A DNA stretch of 64,000 bases from a virus (taxonomy: Duplodnaviria > Heunggongvirae > Uroviricota > Caudoviricetes): positions 1 through 64,000 of IMG/VR virus record IMGVR_UViG_3300023184_000076, one strand, 5' to 3'. The translations under genes were made by a program, and so were the position numbers. Below are positions 7,754 through 16,050 of the stretch, piece after piece; position 1 is the stretch's first letter, and the number at the start of each line of letters is the position of its first letter. Below the pieces are notes generated by a model that was given only the letters and a program-made list of their open reading frames with translations, was not told where the DNA came from and made no database searches.

Positions 7754-9154
7754 TTATTTATTCCTGTTGTAATCATCACACAATTTCCAAATTTCTTTTT
7801 TTGTAATTGATGTTTTACCTGTTTTACTTTTTAACACATTTTCCGTGTTTTTATCAAATTTACCATTTTTAGTAGTTTTTAAACAAGCTTGTAATGCAAA
7901 TATCTCATCGTCTTCATCATCTTTACACCCAAGACTGTAAGTACCATTACAACTTTTATATACCGTTTTATCTTCCTCACCTGCACCTCCAACTTTCGCA
8001 ACATTTTTACATTTTGCATCTTTTGGGTTTTTTTCACAATATACTCTTAATTTTTCCGCACATTCTTCAGGATTTTTTTCACAATAATCTTCAGCTTCAG
8101 ATTGTGCGTAGTTTTTAGTCATGTCAACTAATGATGTCGCAATTGGTTCCCACCCATAATCAAAGTCACCATCAAGGGCTTCTAATAATGATTCGTCAAA
8201 TGACTTTTCATACACATCACTCACTTTACAAAAATCGGCAGGACTTTTTAATGACTTAAATACCTTATAAATTGCATCTTCATCTGTTCCTAAACCTTCC
8301 ATAGCATGAAATAATTTACCAGAAAGTGCTCTTGCTTGATCATCGGTTAAAAATCTTTTCCATTTTTTTCTATCGGGACTTGTTTTACACATATCAAATA
8401 ATCTTGTGATCATTCCCATGTCATCATCTTTTGTCATACCCCACACACCTAATGCGGTGATACCTATTACCCCTAATGCTACCCAACCAACAGGACCTAA
8501 ACCTAAAAAAGTTGCTGCCGCTGCCGTTTCTCCACCTACCGCCGCAGCCGCTCCCGCACCCGCAACTTCAGCACCTACAACTTCCGCACCTGTTGCCGCA
8601 GCGACCTCAGCTCCCGCCAATTCAGCTCCCGCAACTTCAGCTCCCGCAACTTCAGCTCCCGCAACTTCAGCTCCCGCAACTTCAGCTCCCGCAACTTCAG
8701 CACCTGTGGATTCAATCCCCGCAAGTTCCGAACTTGAAGCAACATTTTTTCCACCACCAACAACTGACTTAGTGGTTTGTAACTCACCAGCGGTATTTGC
8801 AGTTTTTTCAATATTTTTAGTAGATGTAAGATCTTTAACCATATCAGCTTCTTTTTCAGGTCTGTTAATCCATTCAGATCCTTTAGGTACTTTACCTTTA
8901 TCAACTGCAGAGTCAAAAATATCCCCATCAGGTGTTTTATACCTTCTTGGTTTATTATCGGAAGTACCAAAATCATCATAGTCGTCGGTTAATCCTTTTA
9001 AATAATCCCTACCTTTTAATACGTCAGCATAACCATCTTGTTCTTTTAATTTCTTACGAGTTTTTGTGTTTTCATTTAAGGTTTTAGAACGATCATACCC
9101 CATAAGGTTTTTAATCCTATTCAATTCCTCAAGTATAATTTTATTATCTTTCAT
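7754..9154 (-). CDS. membrane-anchored protein with (AGAEV)n repeat, TM helix and a C-terminal annexin-type repeat
   Basis: KLFHAMEGLGTDEDAIYKVFKSL ... VYEKSFDESLLEALDGDFD matches the annexin repeat consensus (K-G-x-G-T-D-E ... Y..L...L.GDFE). TM segment FLGLGPVGWVALGVIGITALGVWGM. Start moved to MKDNKIIL. Confidence 0.55.
   Translation of the reverse strand: MKDNKIILEELNRIKNLMGYDRSKTLNENTKTRKKLKEQDGYADVLKGRDYLKGLTDDYDDFGTSDNKPRRYKTPDGDIFDSAVDKGKVPKGSEWINRPEKEADMVKDLTSTKNIEKTANTAGELQTTKSVVGGGKNVASSSELAGIESTGAEVAGAEVAGAEVAGAEVAGAEVAGAELAGAEVAAATGAEVVGAEVAGAGAAAAVGGETAAAATFLGLGPVGWVALGVIGITALGVWGMTKDDDMGMITRLFDMCKTSPDRKKWKRFLTDDQARALSGKLFHAMEGLGTDEDAIYKVFKSLKSPADFCKVSDVYEKSFDESLLEALDGDFDYGWEPIATSLVDMTKNYAQSEAEDYCEKNPEECAEKLRVYCEKNPKDAKCKNVAKVGGAGEEDKTVYKSCNGTYSLGCKDDEDDEIFALQACLKTTKNGKFDKNTENVLKSKTGKTSITKKEIWKLCDDYNRNK
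8566..8700. repeat. tandem 18-nt repeat (cagctcccgcaacttcag x5, with degenerate flanking copies) encoding the (AGAEV)n tract
   Basis: Visible directly in sequence; GC-rich. Confidence 0.7.
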
Positions 9155-9182
9155 AAAACTTTTTATTATAAATACTTGGTAA

Positions 9183-9219
9183 AACAAAAAACCCCCACCA
9201 TTTCTGATGAGGGTTTTAT
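9183..9219. terminator. hairpin AAAACCCCCACCA-tttc-TGATGAGGGTTTT
   Basis: 11/13 bp stem with A/U-rich flanks. Confidence 0.4.
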
Positions 9220-9392
9220 AACCTGGTTTTAAGTGAGTTCAATATGTTAAAGTATAATGAGTTTTAAGTTTTGACAAAAAAAGTTGTTGAACACTTGAAT
9301 TTTGACTAAAGGACCGTTACTTAATCAGTATCATAACATCGACTCCAGAATAGTATGTAGTTAAAACATAATCCCTACACTCTCACAGATTA

Positions 9393-9830
9393 TTAAATTT
9401 GGGTTATCGCATTATGAGTATCTAACTCATCTTGGATTACCTCAATCTCGTTTTCCAACCCTTTAACAATACCATCTCTATCAACAATTGAGATTTCTGA
9501 TGTCATTGTAGGAGTATTCTCAGACCGTCTTGAGTATTTATCAGTCGAAGTACCTTCTGTACAATCCATAAATTTGATTTTCGACACAATCGACTTCAAC
9601 TCAGACATTCTGAATATCTTACCATACACGGGTGAGTTTGCTTGGTGAATCTTTGTTTTTAATTCAACCAACTCATTGGTTAAGGATATCATCTTGTCCA
9701 AAGACTCTGTCGGTGAGTATGGTCTATCATTACCTACCTCAACACTATTGTACACGAGTACTTTTTGTGTCTCTTCGGTAATTTCTTTTACCAATTTATT
9801 CTTTAATTTTAACGCTTGTTTAATATTCAT
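9393..9830 (-). CDS. hypothetical protein (145 aa)
   Basis: ORF. Confidence 0.5.
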   Translation of the reverse strand: MNIKQALKLKNKLVKEITEETQKVLVYNSVEVGNDRPYSPTESLDKMISLTNELVELKTKIHQANSPVYGKIFRMSELKSIVSKIKFMDCTEGTSTDKYSRRSENTPTMTSEISIVDRDGIVKGLENEIEVIQDELDTHNAITQI

Positions 9831-9894
9831 AATAATTTTCTTTTCGTATTAAAGTATAAGTGATCTTTTTAGTTATGTCAAGTTTATTTTACTA

Positions 9895-10866
9895 TTATGG
9901 TAAATCATCACCAAGTGGGTTAGTAGGTCTCAACATACGAATTCTTTGTCTCATATCTTCTATAATATCATCATGAAGACCCGTATGTACCCTTATCTCT
10001 TCATTTGGTACAGATTCCTCCACAATCATTTCCTCCGTCATCATTTCCTCCATTGGTACTGGAATCGGTTCATCGTGTCGATACATTACCATTCTTTTCA
10101 ATTCACTTTCATCAAATAACTTGTAGTTAAAATTTTTATCTTTAACGTCAGATTTCATTCCACTAAACAACTTATGTAATAATTCTAACGGAAGTCCTGT
10201 CTCCATTGAATCCACTCTGTCATCTTTTTGATCGTATATTTGAATTTGATGATTGTTATGGTAAAACCCAAATTTCACATTATTTATTTTATCAATCACA
10301 TACACAAGTACACCATCTCTTGAGTGATTGTAAAAGTAACTTTGCTCATGAACTGAGGCGGTACACCATTTTGTTTGATACCCATAAGAAACAGACGCTT
10401 CATACGTTAAGGGTTTAATACAAAAATATTGGTCATCCTCGTAAACTACTTTTACTTGTTTTTTTGCCTTTTTAATTAGATCACGATTTTTTGCTTGGTA
10501 TACTTCAGTTGCAACCATTTCCCAACTATCGTATTTACTAACATCTTTTTCATTAGTTAACCCTCTTTCCATATAATCACAAAACTCAACAAATAAATTC
10601 ATCTCATCCCAACCATATAAATGACCAATCAATCTCTTTGTCATCCAACTATCAAAAGTATTATCACCTAAAACCTCATCAAGTTTTCTTTCCCTTGACG
10701 ATGATTCTTTAACCATATATTTAATATCGTTGTCAAAACTTTGTTTAAGTATCTTGACCAAAAATTGAGTATACTTTTTAGTTTCACTAGTATCTAGTTT
10801 TCCCATCAAATCGATTAAACTAACGTTAATCAAATCGTTTTCTTTTTTAATTTTCTTTATTCCCAT
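9895..10866 (-). CDS. hypothetical protein (323 aa)
   Basis: ORF. Confidence 0.55.
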   Translation of the reverse strand: MGIKKIKKENDLINVSLIDLMGKLDTSETKKYTQFLVKILKQSFDNDIKYMVKESSSRERKLDEVLGDNTFDSWMTKRLIGHLYGWDEMNLFVEFCDYMERGLTNEKDVSKYDSWEMVATEVYQAKNRDLIKKAKKQVKVVYEDDQYFCIKPLTYEASVSYGYQTKWCTASVHEQSYFYNHSRDGVLVYVIDKINNVKFGFYHNNHQIQIYDQKDDRVDSMETGLPLELLHKLFSGMKSDVKDKNFNYKLFDESELKRMVMYRHDEPIPVPMEEMMTEEMIVEESVPNEEIRVHTGLHDDIIEDMRQRIRMLRPTNPLGDDLP

Positions 10867-11050
10867 TTTCTTTTTCTTCTAATGATGTTCCAAGTATATA
10901 TAATTCAAAGAGTATCGTTATTGCGATTTGAAAGAACCCGCTGAATAACCACCAGTTAAGTGGATTAAAATCATTCTCAATCCATAACATTATTGAATAC
11001 CACAATAAGTTCTTTGAGAAGAATGCAAACGTATTTAATTCCTGTTTCAT
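10847..11050 (-). CDS. small 2-TM membrane protein
   Basis: Hydrophobic 67-aa ORF. Confidence 0.4.
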   Translation of the reverse strand: MKQELNTFAFFSKNLLWYSIMLWIENDFNPLNWWLFSGFFQIAITILFELYILGTSLEEKENGNKEN

Positions 11051-11322
11051 TATAATGGTAATCTATCTGCGATTTTCTTAATAGACTCTTCCTCTTCGTT
11101 TGTTAACTGATGATATGAATTCCATATCTTAGTTAGGTTATCTCTTAATTCACTTTCACCCTGAGATTCTTTATCACCTCTAACAACTTTTCTTATATCA
11201 GGATTAGTATGCGATTGTAAAATATCGTCTTCATATAACCATTCTGACATCATTTGTTTATCACGTCTATTCATTTCACTGTAGACATCTTCCAAGTCAA
11301 CATTAACACTAACCCAACTCAT
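11050..11322 (-). CDS. hypothetical protein (90 aa)
   Basis: ORF. Confidence 0.45.
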   Translation of the reverse strand: MSWVSVNVDLEDVYSEMNRRDKQMMSEWLYEDDILQSHTNPDIRKVVRGDKESQGESELRDNLTKIWNSYHQLTNEEEESIKKIADRLPL

Positions 11323-11348
11323 AATTTCATTTTATTTAATAATAAGAA

Positions 11349-11377
11349 AAAAAAGTGACCCCATCAAGTTAATGGGA
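11349..11377 (-). terminator. hairpin GTGACCCCatcaagttaatGGGAGTCAC plus U-run
   Basis: Overlaps stop of RNA ligase gene. Confidence 0.5.
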
Positions 11378-12502
11378 GTCACCCACGTTATTTTTTTCAC
11401 CATAGATCAAGTAGTCAGGGTTGATTACTTTAGAAACCTTTCTACGGTCACCAGTTACGGATTTCACAACTATACCTTCGTGAGGAACTTTAGTACCTTC
11501 TATGAAGTTACCGAAGACGTATTTGTCTTGTTCTTCTTTATCCCAATTACCTTGGTATAACAACTCAACCTGTGGTAACTCTAAACAATCAAAGTGTACA
11601 GTTTCATTTATGTATGGTTGGTATTCTCCATCAACTTCAACATCAAATCCTACAAACTTAACATCAGTCAAACCGTACTCGTAGTTTTTTTGTATACCCG
11701 CACCATATATCTCTCCGTATATAACAACACCATCAGTTAAGTTAAATGGTTCGTAAGTATCTTTTACGTGAGCCCACAACTTACCTCTTATATCGTAGTT
11801 GTTCGCCACAGTTTTCCACACATCAGTATCGTAGAAACCTTGAGAGTCAGATCCTTTTTCAACGTTGTGAGAACCATAGACATATTCAAACGCCGCCCAT
11901 TGATTACCAAATAGTACTTTAACACGATCCCACAAAGAAAGTTTTTTCTTTCTAACTATTCCGTAACGAGCGTTAGTTCCGTGAAGTTTACGAGTTATAA
12001 CAACTTCATCTTCCTCATTGAACATATCAGGTACATTCTTTTGGTTAGGGAATTTGTAGTAAACTTTGAAGTTAGGGTTTTGGTGGTATTTTATTTTACG
12101 TCCACCAACACTCAACTGAACGGTCTTAACTGGTGGTTCGTATTTGGTAACTCCCAATATAGTCATCATGTCATCACCATCATTAACATTGTTCTCCAAT
12201 GATTTTGGTGCCAAATATTTGAATGGTATTAACAAACACTCAGAGTAAACTCCACGAAGTTTTACAGTACGAACTCTTTGACCTTTACGAAGGTAGTTAG
12301 TAACTTCCATCAAGTCAGATAATGCCTGAGGTATTACCGCATCTGTGGTCGCAACAACAACCTTATCTCCAGATTGGTATTCACCTTTTTTAGTTATGGC
12401 GTTCCATCCACCAACTAACACTTGTTCTATGTTATCCGCCCCTTCTATTGGTTTAACCTCTCCGATTACACCAACGTAACATACACTATTTTGATTTTCC
12501 AT
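11369..12502 (-). CDS. ATP-dependent RNA ligase, Rnl2-like nucleotidyltransferase
   Basis: Motif I KLHGTN (KxHGxN lysine-adenylate site as in T4 Rnl2 KIHGTN), motif IV EGIVVK, motif V K..KVINPDY. Confidence 0.65.
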   Translation of the reverse strand: MENQNSVCYVGVIGEVKPIEGADNIEQVLVGGWNAITKKGEYQSGDKVVVATTDAVIPQALSDLMEVTNYLRKGQRVRTVKLRGVYSECLLIPFKYLAPKSLENNVNDGDDMMTILGVTKYEPPVKTVQLSVGGRKIKYHQNPNFKVYYKFPNQKNVPDMFNEEDEVVITRKLHGTNARYGIVRKKKLSLWDRVKVLFGNQWAAFEYVYGSHNVEKGSDSQGFYDTDVWKTVANNYDIRGKLWAHVKDTYEPFNLTDGVVIYGEIYGAGIQKNYEYGLTDVKFVGFDVEVDGEYQPYINETVHFDCLELPQVELLYQGNWDKEEQDKYVFGNFIEGTKVPHEGIVVKSVTGDRRKVSKVINPDYLIYGEKNNVGDSH

Positions 12503-12636
12503 TTTGTTTTATTTTTAAATTTGGTGTTAATAATAAAGCCCATAAACAATTTGCGTTTTTGGTAAAGTAAATTGAGATACCTATTAATCCAAAGAAACCT
12601 ATATAAATTAATCCAATTCCTAAATATTTCATACCA

Positions 12637-12644
12637 CAAATATA
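12637..12644 (-). promoter_or_regulatory. TATATTTG motif
   Basis: Upstream of small TM ORF/RNA ligase region. Confidence 0.3.
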
Positions 12645-12655
12645 CTCATTATTTT

Positions 12656-13021
12656 TTAATCAATATCATACAATCCGTCTTTTTGAGAATCGTTCATCAT
12701 TTTTACTAAAAGAGCTTCTCTACTATACTTTCGTATTAGTTTGAAGATCTCCCCTATATCTGTAAAATTAGATGGTGGACTATCGTTTCTCACAGGAAGA
12801 AATATGATCGTAAACCCATGATTTCCCTCAAACCTTTCTTTTACTCTGATACCACATATTTCATCAATATAAACCCAAGGGTAGTTCCCAGTAAGTTTAA
12901 CCTCAATCCCAATTTTTTTCAATCTTTCAACAAACCTTGTGATCTTATCACCTGTTAGTTTTGTACTACTTTCTGTTTCCATTTCTATATAAGTTCCAAA
13001 TTTAGTTTCTCTTGTTTTCAT
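12656..13021 (-). CDS. hypothetical protein (121 aa)
   Basis: ORF. Confidence 0.45.
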   Translation of the reverse strand: MKTRETKFGTYIEMETESSTKLTGDKITRFVERLKKIGIEVKLTGNYPWVYIDEICGIRVKERFEGNHGFTIIFLPVRNDSPPSNFTDIGEIFKLIRKYSREALLVKMMNDSQKDGLYDID

Positions 13022-13239
13022 CTTAATACGTATGAATGAATTACTACTATCAATTTACCATTTATGGTTGCACGATCTGATTTAATTTCAATATCCATCA
13101 TACCCAAGTCTTCCTTAAGTCTGTTGGCTTGAACTTCGACTTCGTGTTCCGCATCTTTTTCATCTTTAAAGAATCCGAAGTAGGAATCACATTTTCCTGT
13201 CTTATCACACACTCCGTAAATTATCTCTCTTTGATCCAT
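13018..13239 (-). CDS. hypothetical protein (73 aa)
   Basis: ORF, overlapping neighbours. Confidence 0.4.
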   Translation of the reverse strand: MDQREIIYGVCDKTGKCDSYFGFFKDEKDAEHEVEVQANRLKEDLGMMDIEIKSDRATINGKLIVVIHSYVLR

Positions 13240-13396
13240 AACATTCTAATTTTTTATCTTTAACATTCCACAAATCTTTTTTTCCTTCGGTCATATGACA
13301 ATTGTGTTTCTTACCGGTTCTCTCAGCAAAATCAACAATAGTATCGTTGTTACGATTACGTATAAAGTGAGGACATTCTTTACAAGGTTTTGTCAT
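13205..13396 (-). CDS. small zinc-ribbon protein (CKECPH...C..H...CYG)
   Basis: Cys/His spacing. Confidence 0.4.
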   Translation of the reverse strand: MTKPCKECPHFIRNRNNDTIVDFAERTGKKHNCHMTEGKKDLWNVKDKKLECYGSKRDNLRSV

Positions 13397-13626
13397 ATTT
13401 TATCTAAGATTGAATCAATATACTCTTTTACGTCTCTTAACAATTCTGAGTCGTATTTAACCCCAAAAATCTCAACCTGATAAGAATGCCATTTTGTAAA
13501 CATCTTATCGTCTTTTTGAAATGTGCGTGAGTCTCCACGTCTGAAGGAGTCTTTAACTTTTGATCCTTCAAACTTCCATATTGTTACCCCACGATATACC
13601 CTTTTAGTTTCTTTAGTTGTCCACAT
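13393..13626 (-). CDS. hypothetical protein (77 aa)
   Basis: ORF. Confidence 0.4.
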   Translation of the reverse strand: MWTTKETKRVYRGVTIWKFEGSKVKDSFRRGDSRTFQKDDKMFTKWHSYQVEIFGVKYDSELLRDVKEYIDSILDKI

Positions 13627-13663
13627 AGAAACAAAGGTAATAAATTAATTTGGATTTAACAAA

Positions 13664-14893
13664 CTATTTTTTGAATTTAAATTCGGTTTCTATTTTTCTT
13701 CTACCGTATTTTTTTTCCATCAGTTTCTGATGTAGTTCCCAATTGAGTATGGATTCATTCATTGGTTGATCGTCTTCTGCCATTGCGTAAAGTTTACCTA
13801 GTCTTTTAATAATTTTGTTTGCATCATAGGATAATTGTTCACATCTATCCTTAAAGAACATAATAGGATTTTTTTCATACTTAGTCAAATAGTTGATGAA
13901 TTTTTGTCTTACTTTATTTAGATTTTCTTCATCTTCATCGACCCCTAACATTCCCCCACCGAATGTTTGATTAAATAAAGATTTAATTGCATCAAAAGGT
14001 GTTGATGTCATCTTATCAAAATATTCAATCGTGTTATTTACCAAGTTTAGATAAAGTAAGTGTAAAACGATTTCAATCTTTCTATTTTCGGACATATTTT
14101 CATCGTATTGGCCAAGATGATCAAGTAACGCATCAACCCTATCCATTTGTTCTTTTAAACCATCAACTAACTTTTCAAAACTATAATCCCTAATATCCAT
14201 AATTTCTTTAAATGCCTTATCTTCTTTAAGGAAATTTAAGAATTGGGATTTTGTGATTTTCATTTGTCTCATTCTTGATGAAAGTTCAGTTGGTCTAACC
14301 AAACTTTCAGCCGCTTGCATAAAATAATTATACCTCATAAACTTTTGGTCAATCTCAGGTATTCCAAACCTTAAATTCCCTTTAGAATAGGTTTGATATT
14401 CAGCATCACGACCCATTAAATCAGTTTGTTTTTTTTGTTTATCGTATTTATGTTTTAATTCATGAGCTAAAGTGGATTCAGTTTCAACACGATCTCGTAT
14501 AAATCTTTCATATAAATCTTCAGTTTCCCATTCATCACCAACAATAAACGTAATATGTAATTCTATTTCTTTATCTAATATTTGAACCTTTAGTTGGACC
14601 TTTTTATTGTATGTAAAGTTTTGTCCCATACCCATGCCGGCAATTTCGGGTTTACCCTCATACTCAGGAATGTGTTCAACCATAACATGAAGATCAAGTG
14701 AGTTAATATGATAATCGGCAATAGTTAAATCAACACTACGATTAAAAACATACTCCTCTCTTTTATCGTAAATTCCTTTTATAAAATACATAACTATTTC
14801 ATATAAATCGGATGCGGCATCTAAAATACCTTCAGGAACTCCTAACGCTTCGTTAAGTATCTTATACTGGTTTTCTGTTAATATAATCTTCAT
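13664..14893 (-). CDS. hypothetical protein with HExxH motif (TLAHELKHKYD), possible zinc metallopeptidase
   Basis: HELKH motif only; no other peptidase landmarks verified. Confidence 0.5.
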   Translation of the reverse strand: MKIILTENQYKILNEALGVPEGILDAASDLYEIVMYFIKGIYDKREEYVFNRSVDLTIADYHINSLDLHVMVEHIPEYEGKPEIAGMGMGQNFTYNKKVQLKVQILDKEIELHITFIVGDEWETEDLYERFIRDRVETESTLAHELKHKYDKQKKQTDLMGRDAEYQTYSKGNLRFGIPEIDQKFMRYNYFMQAAESLVRPTELSSRMRQMKITKSQFLNFLKEDKAFKEIMDIRDYSFEKLVDGLKEQMDRVDALLDHLGQYDENMSENRKIEIVLHLLYLNLVNNTIEYFDKMTSTPFDAIKSLFNQTFGGGMLGVDEDEENLNKVRQKFINYLTKYEKNPIMFFKDRCEQLSYDANKIIKRLGKLYAMAEDDQPMNESILNWELHQKLMEKKYGRRKIETEFKFKK

Positions 14894-14919
14894 AGTTATA
14901 AATATATTGGAGTTGTGAT

Positions 14920-15573
14920 TTAACCCACAACCCCAACAATATCATCTAAGTGGTGATCATCATTTATTTCAGACATCACTATTCTTTTATCCATCATATG
15001 TACAATCTCAGTTATACTATATGGTTGAAGGTTGTTTCCATCAACTCCAACGTCCAATCTTTTTCCTTTGCCCCATTTTCTACCTGAAGGTAAGTGTACG
15101 TGACCATGAAGGTGAACAACACCTTTACTAAGTCCATTCCAACTTGCAAATGGGTAGTGAGTCATCACAAAGTTCTGACCATCAATATTAACCTGTAAGT
15201 AATCACTAACAGATAAAAACATATCTTTGATGTTATCTCTGTTGTTTTTAATGTGGTGATCGTGGTTTCCAAGAACCAAGTGAATATTTTTACATACCAA
15301 TCGGTCCAAGAAAATTCTAATAAACTCAAATCCACCAAATGCAATATCACCTAACATAATCAAAGTATCGTTCTGACCAACCTTTGAGTTAATGTTGTCA
15401 ACCAATGCGTTATTCATTAGTTCTAATGTTGGGAAATCTCTCGTATTATGATCCGGTACTTTTCCATCAGATGTTCTCCAATCAGTCACACCTCTACAAA
15501 TGTTTTTATGGTTGTAGTGTGGATCCGATGTAACCCACACTCTACCTGTTGTCAATATTTTATCAAATTTCAT
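14920..15573 (-). CDS. calcineurin-like metallophosphoesterase
   Basis: GDIAFGG ... GNHDHH ... GHVH motifs of binuclear metallophosphatases. Confidence 0.6.
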   Translation of the reverse strand: MKFDKILTTGRVWVTSDPHYNHKNICRGVTDWRTSDGKVPDHNTRDFPTLELMNNALVDNINSKVGQNDTLIMLGDIAFGGFEFIRIFLDRLVCKNIHLVLGNHDHHIKNNRDNIKDMFLSVSDYLQVNIDGQNFVMTHYPFASWNGLSKGVVHLHGHVHLPSGRKWGKGKRLDVGVDGNNLQPYSITEIVHMMDKRIVMSEINDDHHLDDIVGVVG

Positions 15574-15577
15574 TTTC

Positions 15578-15979
15578 TTATAATTTAATTTCGAACCTAT
15601 CTTTCATTATCTGAATTTTATCTTCAGGAACACCATGTTGATTAACCCCACCATGTCTGTTTTCAACAATAACGGTGAATACTTTATAATCAAACGTGTC
15701 AGCCATTTTAAAATACGGTTCCATTTCCCACTCTTGAGTAAACGTATTCGAAACGACAATTACATTATTAATATTAGCGGTATGGTTTAATATCATTGCA
15801 GTATGAACACGATCCTGACACCATTTATGAGCATCCTTCAATTTGGTAAAATCAAATTTATATTCACCATTATCCATAAAGAACATATCGGTCTCAAAAT
15901 GAGTACCACCTAATGACTTAGCAAGTGAGGACTTACCTGAACCAGGTACCCCTCTAACAATATAAAGTATTTTTTCCAT
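15578..15979 (-). CDS. P-loop nucleotide/polynucleotide kinase-like protein; start moved to MEKILYIV
   Basis: Walker A GVPGSGKSSLAK 10 aa from the N-terminus, as in T4 Pnk kinase domain. TATATTTG motif and terminator hairpin lie inside the longer track ORF. Confidence 0.55.
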   Translation of the reverse strand: MEKILYIVRGVPGSGKSSLAKSLGGTHFETDMFFMDNGEYKFDFTKLKDAHKWCQDRVHTAMILNHTANINNVIVVSNTFTQEWEMEPYFKMADTFDYKVFTVIVENRHGGVNQHGVPEDKIQIMKDRFEIKL

Positions 15980-15983
15980 ATTG

Positions 15984-15991
15984 CAAATATA
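15984..15991 (-). promoter_or_regulatory. TATATTTG motif upstream of kinase gene (ATG 15979)
   Basis: Sits between terminator hairpin 16015-16030 and the ATG. Confidence 0.4.
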
Positions 15992-16014
15992 CAAAAAAAA
16001 ACGGCATAAAAAAA

Positions 16015-16030
16015 GGGAGATCACTCTCCC
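16015..16030 (-). terminator. hairpin GGGAGAtcacTCTCCC
   Basis: Downstream of 16051..18237. Confidence 0.5.
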
Positions 16031-16050
16031 TCATTAAATTTATTTTTTTA

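Noticed and set aside
8406-8981. Three overlapping ORFs (8406..8981 +, 8476..8772 +, 8575..8979 -) with proline/leucine repeat translations
   Set aside because: They are alternative-frame and antisense readings of the GC-rich 18-nt tandem repeat inside the 7754..9154 gene; the minus-frame AGAEV reading is continuous with a long ORF carrying TM and annexin-like domains
9188-9392. 205-bp intergenic region checked for tRNA or sRNA
   Set aside because: Very AT-rich, no stable cloverleaf or GC-rich structure apparent; probably promoter/terminator space only
15979-16024. N-terminal extensions of track ORFs (15578..16024, 19226..19474, 46079..46483, 7754..9187)
   Set aside because: Extensions contain the TATATTTG promoter motif and/or the upstream gene's terminator hairpin; internal Met chosen instead
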